Shown one piece after another: positions 1 to 10,800 of a stretch of DNA of 64,000 nt. Origin of the DNA: Laetmonice hystrix. Lineage: Eukaryota. The DNA is taken from NCBI GenBank assembly GCA_965235115.1, contig OZ249436.1, forward strand, positions 24,802,001 to 24,866,000, given 5' to 3'. Each line of letters begins with the position of its first letter. The first letter of the stretch is position 1. Made by a program: the position numbers and the translations under genes. Below the pieces are notes generated by a model. The model did no database searches, was not told the DNA's origin, and saw only the letters and a list, made by a program, of their open reading frames with translations.

Positions 1-82
1 CAAATACAGGCTTCGACCGATCCTCACTGTGCCAATAATCCGCCACAAGGCAAATTCAGTCAATGCAAGCTGGAAAATCGAA

Positions 83-981
83 TGTCAAACCTAATGCTCC
101 CCCCCCCAGCACGTTAACTGAAAATAATCAACTAGCTTGAAAACTAGAATATAGCTTTGTTAAGCTAACAATCTACTCTCCCAGCGCCATCAACTCGCAT
201 ACAGGGGTAAAAGCAAACGCACTGCCCCATATAATGCTTCCAGCCTAAAACGATGTTGCAATTAATTTAAAATTAACAAGATGCACTAGTAATCCGATCC
301 AAGCCTAATTACGTCATTGCTAGTTTCATAACCAAATCTCACAGAAAATACCCCACCCGCGCACATAACCTGAAAATATTCAACTTTTATCTCCAATGTA
401 TCCCTGTGCACCTAGTAGCACCCAAGCGGGCCCAATTTTGACATTCCAACACAAATACCGCAAATACCCGCCTAATGGCACAAAAAACTTTCTACCCCGT
501 TGCAAGTCACATTAGCTTGCTGCTTGTCGTAAAAAATGGTGCAGACCATTTCTAAAGTCACAGTACCCCACTCCCGGCCTAATATTACGTTTCAGTATCC
601 ATATACGCTGCAAGCGGCAGGAACTCGAATACAGGCCTAAAAGTAACCCCAGTCTAGCAATATCATACTCTCATGCCATATACGAGCTTGTAATTATCTT
701 TAATTAATGGGCTCCGCAGCACCAACCCACTGCATTAACATTTGTTTAACAGCTTAACGCACCTTGTAAAAAATTTTCAAGTGCGTAAAAATGCGTGTCC
801 ACCTCCACATACTTTAAAAATCACTATACCCACCCAGCGACATTCACTCTAATACACGCCTAAGAGGAACTTCACTGTCCCATTTGATTCTCCAGCACGT
901 ATAGGATGTTTCAAGTAACATTTATCCACGGTCTGGCCCAATAACGTGCAACAAGGCATAGTAAGTCAATGCGACCTCGCA
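83..981. repeat. Subunit A (~900 bp) of the dimeric unit
   Basis: Starts at TGTCAAACCTAA (83) and is collinear with 982-1835. Shared landmarks: TAGCTTGAAAACTAGAATATAGCTTTG 133/1029, AACAAGATGCACTA 275/1141, TTAACATTTGT 735/1641. The boundary phase is arbitrary. Confidence 0.93.
99..107 (+). repeat. Length-variable poly-C tract, one per unit (C7 to C15; first copy shown)
   Basis: C9 at 99-107, C8 at 3605-3612, C13 at 21135-21147, C15 at 53449-53463 and 55208-55222, C7 at 58721-58727. It accounts for most unit-length variation. Confidence 0.95.
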
Positions 982-1835
982 TGTCAAACCTAACCCGCCC
1001 CCCAGCACATGAGCTGGAGATATTCAAATAGCTTGAAAACTAGAATATAGCTTTGCTTAATACCATTATACCATCAACTCGCATTACAGGCCTAATGCGA
1101 AGCTCCCAGCCTAAAACGAGTTTCCAATTAATTTAAAGTTAACAAGATGCACTAATAATCGATTCCAAGCCTAATTAGGCCATTGCTAGTTGGATAACCA
1201 AATCTCATACAAAATACACCCTCCCGGCAGATGACCTGAGAATATTCAACTCTTATGTCCGATATATCCCTGTCCGCTTAGTAGCACCCAGCCGGGCCCC
1301 CATTTTGACATTGCAACACCAATACAGCAAGTGCCCAGCTAACAGCACAAATAACAGGATTCAGGGCTTCCTACCACGTTACAAGTCACAATAGATTGCT
1401 GCCTGTCGTAAAAATATACCAGACCATTTTAAAAAGTCACAGAACCCCAATCCGGCCCTAATATGTCACTCCCAGTACCAATAGACGCTGGAAGCACCAT
1501 CAACTGAAATTCAGGCCTAGAACCCACCTCTCTCTACCAATATCATGCACCTAGTCCGTATACGAGGTTGTAATTTACTTTAATCAACGGGCTGCGCCGC
1601 AGCAACCCACTCTGGTCTTTGCAATCTTTTTCAATATGCGTTAACATTTGTAACCAGCTCAACGCGCCTTGTAAAATTTTTCAAAGTGCGTAAAAGTGTG
1701 TGTCCACCCCGACACGCTTTCCAAACCACTATACCCACCGAGCGACATCCACTCAAATACAGGCTTCGACCGATCCTCACTGTGCCAATAATCCGCCACA
1801 AGGCAAATTCAGTCAATGCAAGCTGGAAAATCGAA
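982..1835. repeat. Subunit B (~855 bp) of the dimeric unit, a diverged paralogue of subunit A
   Basis: Starts at TGTCAAACCTAA (982), and the next A starts at 1836. Roughly 70-85% identical to A by eye, with indels. Confidence 0.93.
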
Positions 1836-4800
1836 TGTCAAACCTAATGCTCCCCCCCCCAGCACGTTAACTGAAAATAATCAACTAGCTTGAAAACTAG
1901 AATATAGCTTTGTTAAGCTAACAATCTACTCTCCCAGCGCCATCAACTCGCATACAGGCGTAAAAGCAAACGCACTGCCCCATATAATGCTTCCAGCCTA
2001 AAACGATGTTGCAATTAATTTAAAATTAACAAGATGCACTAGTAATCCGATCCAAGCCTAATTACGTCATTGCTAGTTTCATAACCAAATCTCACAGAAA
2101 ATACCCCACCCGCGCACATAACCTGAAAATATTCAACTTTTATCTCCAATGTATCCCTGTGCACCTAGTAGCACCCAAGCGGGCCCAATTTTGACATTCC
2201 AACACAAATACCGCAAATACCCGCCTAATGGCACAAAAAACTTTCTACCCCGTTGCAAGTCACATTAGCTTGCTGCTTGTCGTAAAAAATGGTGCAGACC
2301 ATTTCTAAAGTCACAGTACCCCACTCCCGGCCTAATATTACGTTTCAGTATCCATATACGCTGCAAGCGGCAGGAACTCGAATACAGGCCTAAAAGTAAC
2401 CCCAGTCTAGCAATATCATACTCTCATGCCATATACGAGCTTGTAATTATCTTTAATTAATGGGCTCCGCAGCACCAACCCACTGCATTAACATTTGTTT
2501 AACAGCTTAACGCACCTTGTAAAAAATTTTCAAGTGCGTAAAAATGCGTGTCCACCTCCACATACTTTAAAAATCACTATACCCACCCAGCGACATTCAC
2601 TCTAATACACGCCTAAGAGGAACTTCACTGTCCCATTTGATTCTCCAGCACGTATAGGATGTTTCAAGTAACATTTATCCACGGTCTGGCCCAATAACGT
2701 GCAACAAGGCATAGTAAGTCAATGCGACCTCGCATGTCAAACCTAACCCGCCCCCCAGCACATGAGCTGGAGATATTCAAATAGCTTGAAAACTAGAATA
2801 TAGCTTTGCTTAATACCATTATACCATCAACTCGCATTACAGGCCTAATGCGAAGCTCCCAGCCTAAAACGAGTTTCCAATTAATTTAAAGTTAACAAGA
2901 TGCACTAATAATCGATTCCAAGCCTAATTAGGCCATTGCTAGTTGGATAACCAAATCTCATACAAAATACACCCTCCCGGCAGATGACCTGAGAATATTC
3001 AACTCTTATGTCCGATATATCCCTGTCCGCTTAGTAGCACCCAGCCGGGCCCCCATTTTGACATTGCAACACCAATACAGCAAGTGCCCAGCTAACAGCA
3101 CAAATAACAGGATTCAGGGCTTCCTACCACGTTACAAGTCACAATAGATTGCTGCCTGTCGTAAAAATATACCAGACCATTTTAAAAAGTCACAGAACCC
3201 CAATCCGGCCCTAATATGTCACTCCCAGTACCAATAGACGCTGGAAGCACCATCAACTGAAATTCAGGCCTAGAACCCACCTCTCTCTACCAATATCATG
3301 CACCTAGTCCGTATACGAGGTTGTAATTTACTTTAATCAACGGGCTGCGCCGCAGCAACCCACTCTGGTCTTTGCAATCTTTTTCAATATGCGTTAACAT
3401 TTGTGACCAGCTCAACGCGCCTTGTAAAATTTTTCAAAGTGCGTAAAAGTGTGTGTCCACCCCGACACGCTTTCCAAACCACTATACCCACCGAGCGACA
3501 TCCACTCAAATACAGGCTTCGACCGATCCTCACTGTGCCAATAATCCGCCACAAGGCAAATTCAGTCAATGCAAGCTGGAAAATCGAATGTCAAACCTAA
3601 TGCTCCCCCCCCAGCACGTTAACTGAAAAAAATCAACTAGCTTGAAAACTAGAATATAGCTTTGTTTAGCTAACAATCTACTCTCCCAGCGCCATCAACT
3701 CGCATACAGGCGTAAAAGCAAACGCACTGCCCCATATAATGCTCCCAGCCTAAGACGATGTTGCAATTAATTTAAGATTAACAAGATGCACTAGTAATCC
3801 GATCCAAGCCTAATTACGTCATTGCTAGTTTCATAACCAAATCTCACAGAAAATACCCCACCCGCGCACATAACCTGAAAATATTCAACTTTTATCTCCA
3901 ATGTATCCCTGTGCACCTAGTAGCACCCAAGCGGGCCCAATTTTGACATTTCAACACAAATACCGCAAATACCCGCCTAATGGCACAAAAAACTTTCTAC
4001 CCCGTTGCAAGTCACATTAGCTTGCTGCTTGTCGTAAAAAATGGTGCAGACCATTTCTAAAGTCACAGTACCCCACTCCCGGCCTAATATTACGTTTCAG
4101 TATCCATATACGCTGCAAGCGGCAGGAACTCGAATACAGGCCTAAAAGTAACCCCAGTCTAGCAATATCATACTCTCATGCCATATACGAGCTTGTAATT
4201 ATCTTTAATTAATGGGCTCCGCAGCACCAACCCACTGCATTAACATTTGTTTAACAGCTTAACGCACCTTGTAAAAAATTTTCAAGTGCGTAAAAATGCG
4301 TGTCCACCTCCACATACTTTAAAAATCACTATACCCACCCAGCGACATTCACTCTAATACACGCCTAAGAGGAACTTCACTGTCCCATTTGATTCTCCAG
4401 CACGTATAGGATGTTTCAAGTAACATTTATCCACGGTCTGGCCCAATAACGTGCAACAAGGCATAGTAAGTCAATGCGACCTCGCATGTCAAACCTAACC
4501 CGCCCCCCAGCACATGAGCTGGAGATATTCAAATAGCTTGAAAACTAGAATATAGCTTTGCTTAATACCATTATACCATCAACTCGCATTACAGGCCTAA
4601 TGCGAAGCTCCCAGCCTAAAACGAGTTTCCAATTAATTTAAAGTTAACAAGATGCACTAATAATCGATTCCAAGCCTAATTAGGCCATTGCTAGTTGGAT
4701 AACCAAATCTCATACAAAATACACCCTCCCGGCAGATGACCTGAGAATATTCAACTCTTATGTCCGATATATCCCTGTCCGCTTAGTAGCACCCAGCCGG

Positions 4801-7800
4801 GCCCCCATTTTGACATTGCAACACCAATACAGCAAGTGCCCAGCTAACAGCACAAATAACAGGATTCAGGGCTTCCTACCACGTTACAAGTCACAATAGA
4901 TTGCTGCCTGTCGTAAAAATATACCAGACCATTTTAAAAAGTCACAGAACCCCAATCCGGCCCTAATATGTCACTCCCAGTACCAATAGATGCTGGAAGC
5001 ACCATCAACTGAAATTCAGGCCTAGAACCCACCTCTCTCTACCAATATCATGCACCTAGTCCGTATACGAGGTTGTAATTTACTTTAATCAACGGGCTGC
5101 GCCGCAGCAACCCACTCTGGTCTTTGCAATCTTTTTCAATATGCGTTAACATTTGTGACCAGCTCAACGCGCCTTGTAAAATTTTTCAAAGTGCGTAAAA
5201 GTGTGTGTCCACCCCGACACGCTTTCCAAACCACTATACCCACCGAGCGACATCCACTCAAATACAGGCTTCGACCGATCCTCACTGTGCCAATAATCCG
5301 CCACAAGGCAAATTCAGTCAATGCAAGCTGGAAAATCGAATGTCAAACCTAATGCTCCCCCCCCAGCACGTTAACTGAAAAAAATCAACTAGCTTGAAAA
5401 CTAGAATATAGCTTTGTTTAGCTAACAATCTACTCTCCCAGCGCCATCAACTCGCATACAGGCGTAAAAGCAAACGCACTGCCCCATATAATGCTCCCAG
5501 CCTAAGACGATGTTGCAATTAATTTAAGATTAACAAGATGCACTAGTAATCCGATCCAAGCCTAATTACGTCATTGCTAGTTTCATAACCAAATCTCACA
5601 GAAAATACCCCACCCGCGCACATAACCTGAAAATATTCAACTTTTATCTCCAATGTATCCCTGTGCACCTAGTAGCACACAAGCGGGCCCAATTTTGACA
5701 TCCCAACACAAATACCGCAAATACCCGCCTAATGGCACAAAAAACTTTCTACCCCGTTGCAAGTCACATTAGCGTGCTGCTTGTCGTAAAAAATGGTGCA
5801 GACCATTTCTAAAGTCACAGTACCCCACTCCCGTCCTAATATTACGTTTCAGTATCCATATACGCTGCAAGCGGCAGGAACTCGAATACAGGCCTAAAAG
5901 TAACCTCAGTCTAGCAATATCATACTCCCATGCCATATACGAGCTTGTAATTATCTTTAATTAATGGGCTCCGCAGCACCAACCCACTGCATTAACATTT
6001 GTTTAACAGCTTAACGCACCTTGTAAAATTTTTTCAAGTGCGTAAAAATGCGTGTCCACCTCCACATACTTTAAAAATCACTATACCCACCCAGCGACAT
6101 CCACTCTAATACACGCCTAAAAGGAACTTCACTGTCCCATTTGATTCTCCAGCACGTATAGGATGTTTCAAGTAACATTCATCCACGGTCTGGCCCAATA
6201 ACGTGCAACAAGGCATAGTAAGTCAATGCGAGCTCGCATGTCAAACCTAACCCGCCCCCAAGCACATGAGCTGAAAATATTCAAATAGCTTGAAAACTAG
6301 AATATAGCTTTGCTTAATACCATTATACCATCAACTCGCATTACAGGCCTAATGCGAAGCTCCCAGCCTAAAACGAGTTTCCAATTAATTTAAAGTTAAC
6401 AAGATGCACTAATAATCGATTCCAAGCCTAATTAGGCCATTGCTAGTTGGATAACCAAATCTCATACAAAATACACCCTCCCGGCAGATGACCTGAGAAT
6501 ATTCAACTCTTATGTCCGATATATCCCTGTCCGCTTTGTAGCACCCAGCCGGGCCCCCATTTTGACATTGCAACACCAATACAGCAAGTGCCCAGCTAAC
6601 AGCACAAATAACAGGATTCAGGGCTTCCTACCACGTTACAAGTCACAATAGATTGCTGCCTGTCGTAAAAATATACCAGACCATTTTAAAAAGTCACAGA
6701 ACCCCAATCCGGCCCTAATATGTCACTCCCAGTACCAATAGACGCTGGAAGCACCATCAACTGAAATTCAGGCCTAGAACCCACCTCTCTCTACCAATAT
6801 CATGCACCTAGTCCGTATACGAGGTTGTAATTTACTTTAATCAACGGGCTGCGCCGCAGCAACCCACTCTGGTCTTTGCAATCTTTTTCAATATGCGTTA
6901 ACATTTGTGACCAGCTCAACGCGCCTTGTAAAATTTTTCAAAGTGCGTAAAAGTGTGTGTCCACCCCGACACGCTTTCCAAACCACTATACCCACCGAGC
7001 GACATCCACTCAAATACAGGCTTCGACCGATCCTCACTGTGCCAATAATCCGCCACAAGGCAAATTCAGTCAATGCAAGCTGGAAAATCGAATGTCAAAC
7101 CTAATGCTCCCCCCCCCAGCACGTTAACTGAAAAAAATCAACTAGCTTGAAAACTAGAATATAGCTTTGTTTAGCTAACAATCTACTCTCCCAGCGCCAT
7201 CAACTCGCATACAGGCGTAAAAGCAAACGCACTGCCCCATATAATGCTCCCAGCCTAAGACGATGTTGCAATTAATTTAAGATTAACAAGATGCACTAGT
7301 AATCCGATCCAAGCCTAATTACGTCATTGCTAGTTTCATAACCAAATCTCACAGAAAATACCCCACCCGCGCACATAACCTGAAAATATTCAACTTTTAT
7401 CTCCAATGTATCCCTGTGCACCTAGTAGCACCCAAGCGGGCCCAATTTTGACATTCCGACACAAATACCGCAAATACCCGCCTAATGGCACAAAAAACTT
7501 TCTACCCCGTTGCAAGTCACATTAGCTTGCTGCTTGTCGTAAAAAATGGTGCAGACCATTTCTAAAGTCACAGTACCCCACTCCCGGCCTAATATTACGT
7601 TTCAGTATCCATATACGCTGCAAGCGGCAGGAACTCGAATACAGGCCTAAAAGTAACCCCAGTCTAGCAATATCATACTCTCATGCCATATACGAGCTTG
7701 TAATTATCTTTAATTAATGGGCTCCGCAGCACCAACCCACTGCATTAACATTTGTTTAACAGCTTAACGCACCTTGTAAAAAATTTTCAAGTGCGTAAAA

Positions 7801-10800
7801 ATGCGTGTCCACCTCCACATACTTTAAAAATCACTATACCCACCCAGCGACATTCACTCTAATACACGCCTAAGAGGAACTTCACTGTCCCATTTGATTC
7901 TCCAGCACGTATAGGATGTTTCAAGTAACATTTATCCACGGTCTGGCCCAATAACGTGCAACAAGGCATAGTAAGTCAATGCGACCTCGCATGTCAAACC
8001 TAACCCGCCCCCCAGCACATGAGCTGGAGATATTCAAATAGCTTGAAAACTAGAATATAGCTTTGCTTAATACCATTATACCATCAACTCGCATTACAGG
8101 CCTAATGCGAAGCTCCCAGCCTAAAACGAGTTTCCAATTAATTTAAAGTTAACAAGATGCACTAATAATCGATTCCAAGCCTAATTAGGCCATTGCTAGT
8201 TGGATAACCAAATCTCATACAAAATACACCCTCCCGGCAGATGACCTGAGAATATTCAACTCTTATGTCCGATATATCCCTGTCCGCTTAGTAGCACCCA
8301 GCCGGGCCCCCATTTTGACATTGCAACACCAATACAGCAAGTGCCCAGCTAACAGCACAAATAACAGGATTCAGGGCTTCCTACCACGTTACAAGTCACA
8401 ATAGATTGCTGCCTGTCGTAAAAATATACCAGACCATTTTAAAAAGTCACAGAACCCCAATCCGGCCCTAATATGTCACTCCCAGTACCAATAGACGCTG
8501 GAAGCACCATCAACTGAAATTCAGGCCTAGAACCCACCTCTCTCTACCAATATCATGCACCTAGTCCGTATACGAGGTTGTAATTTACTTTAATCAACGG
8601 GCTGCGCCGCAGCAACCCACTCTGGTCTTTGCAATCTTTTTCAATATGCGTTAACATTTGTGACCAGCTCAACGCGCCTTGTAAAATTTTTCAAAGTGCG
8701 TAAAAGTGTGTGTCCACCCCGACACGCTTTCCAAACCACTATACCCACCGAGCGACATCCACTCAAATACAGGCTTCGACCGATCCTCACTGTGCCAATA
8801 ATCCGCCACAAGGCAAATTCAGTCAATGCAAGCTGGAAAATCGAATGTCAAACCTAATGCTCCCCCCCCCCAGCACGTTAACTGAAAATAATCAACTAGC
8901 TTGAAAACTAGAATATAGCTTTGTTAAGCTAACAATCTACTCTCCCAGCGCCATCAACTCGCATACAGGCGTAAAAGCAAACGCACTGCCCCATATAATG
9001 CTCCCAGCCTAAAACGATGTTGCAATTAATTTAAAATTAACAAGATGCACTAGTAATCCGATCCAAGCCTAATTACGTCATTGCTAGTTTCATAACCAAA
9101 TCTCACAGAAAATACCCCACCCGCGCACATAACCTGAAAATATTCAACTTTTATCTCCAATGTATCCCTGTGCACCTAGTAGCACCCAAGCGGGCCCAAT
9201 TTTGACATTCCAACACAAATACCGCAAATACCCGCCTAATGGCACAAAAAACTTTCTACCCCGTTGCAAGTCACATTAGCTTGCTGCTTGTCGTAAAAAA
9301 TGGTGCAGACCATTTCTAAAGTCACAGTACCCCACTCCCGGCCTAATATTACGTTTCAGTATCCATATACGCTGCAAGCGGCAGGAACTCGAATACAGGC
9401 CTAAAAGTAACCCCAGTCTAGCAATATCATACTCTCATGCCATATACGAGCTTGTAATTATCTTTAATTAATGGGCTCCGCAGCACCAACCCACTGCATT
9501 AACATTTGTTTAACAGCTTAACGCACCTTGTAAAAAATTTTCAAGTGCGTAAAAATGCGTGTCCACCTCCACATACTTTAAAAATCACTATACCCACCCA
9601 GCGACATTCACTCTAATACACGCCTAAGAGGAACTTCACTGTCCCATTTGATTCTCCAGCACGTATAGGATGTTTCAAGTAACATTTATCCACGGTCTGG
9701 CCCAATAACGTGCAACAAGGCATAGTAAGTCAATGCGACCTCGCATGTCAAACCTAACCCGCCCCCCAGCACATGAGCTGGAGATATTCAAATAGCTTGA
9801 AAACTAGAATATAGCTTTGCTTAATACCATTATACCATCAACTCGCATTACAGGCCTAATGCGAAGCTCCCAGCCTAAAACGAGTTTCCAATTAATTTAA
9901 AGTTAACAAGATGCACTAATAATCGATTCCAAGCCTAATTAGGCCATTGCTAGTTGGATAACCAAATCTCATACAAAATACACCCTCCCGGCAGATGACC
10001 TGAGAATATTCAACTCTTATGTCCGATATATCCCTGTCCGCTTAGTAGCACCCAGCCGGGCCCCCATTTTGACATTGCAACACCAATACAGCAAGTGCCC
10101 AGCTAACAGCACAAATAACAGGATTCAGGGCTTCCTACCACGTTACAAGTCACAATAGATTGCTGCCTGTCGTAAAAATATACCAGACCATTTTAAAAAG
10201 TCACAGAACCCCAATCCGGCCCTAATATGTCACTCCCAGTACCAATAGACGCTGGAAGCACCATCAACTGAAATTCAGGCCTAGAACCCACCTCTCTCTA
10301 CCAATATCATGCACCTAGTCCGTATACGAGGTTGTAATTTACTTTAATCAACGGGCTGCGCCGCAGCAACCCACTCTGGTCTTTGCAATCTTTTTCAATA
10401 TGCGTTAACATTTGTGACCAGCTCAACGCGCCTTGTAAAATTTTTCAAAGTGCGTAAAAGTGTGTGTCCACCCCGACACGCTTTCCAAACCACTATACCC
10501 ACCGAGCGACATCCACTCAAATACAGGCTTCGACCGATCCTCACTGTGCCAATAATCCGCCACAAGGCAAATTCAGTCAATGCAAGCTGGAAAATCGAAT
10601 GTCAAACCTAATGCTCCCCCCCCCCAGCACGTTAACTGAAAAAAATCAACTAGCTTGAAAACTAGAATATAGCTTTGTTTAGCTAACAATCTACTCTCCC
10701 AGCGCCATCAACTCGCATACAGGCGTAAAAGCAAACGCACTGCCCCATATAATGCTCCCAGCCTAAGACGATGTTGCAATTAATTTAAGATTAACAAGAT

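Larger units (their letters stand above)
1..1753. repeat. Representative 1753-bp repeat unit (arbitrary phase)
   Basis: Positions 1-1753 are repeated almost exactly at 1754-3506. Confidence 0.98.

Noticed and set aside
431..455. CENP-B-box-like GTTGGAA on the minus strand
   Set aside because: It lacks the essential TTCG and CGGG core positions.
1..1753. Tandem RNA-gene array (5S rRNA, tRNA, U snRNA, SL RNA) or histone cluster
   Set aside because: The unit size is compatible, but I found no recognisable 5S, snRNA or tRNA sequence, no A/B-box pair and no histone ORF on either strand. A divergent ncRNA cannot be excluded without an Infernal/Rfam search.
1631..1816. 61-aa minus-strand ORF (MTEFALWR...) repeated in most units
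   Set aside because: Identity simply reflects the DNA repeat. It is short, has a non-ATG start and no recognisable domain, is frameshifted in three units, and has no counterpart ORF in the paralogous half.
3403..3600. 65-aa plus-strand ORF (MTSSTRLV...) and the overlapping MSTPTRF... ORF
   Set aside because: Both start at GTG. The first depends on a GTG/GTA SNP and the second on poly-C length. Three overlapping frames and no homology that I recognise point to chance ORFs.
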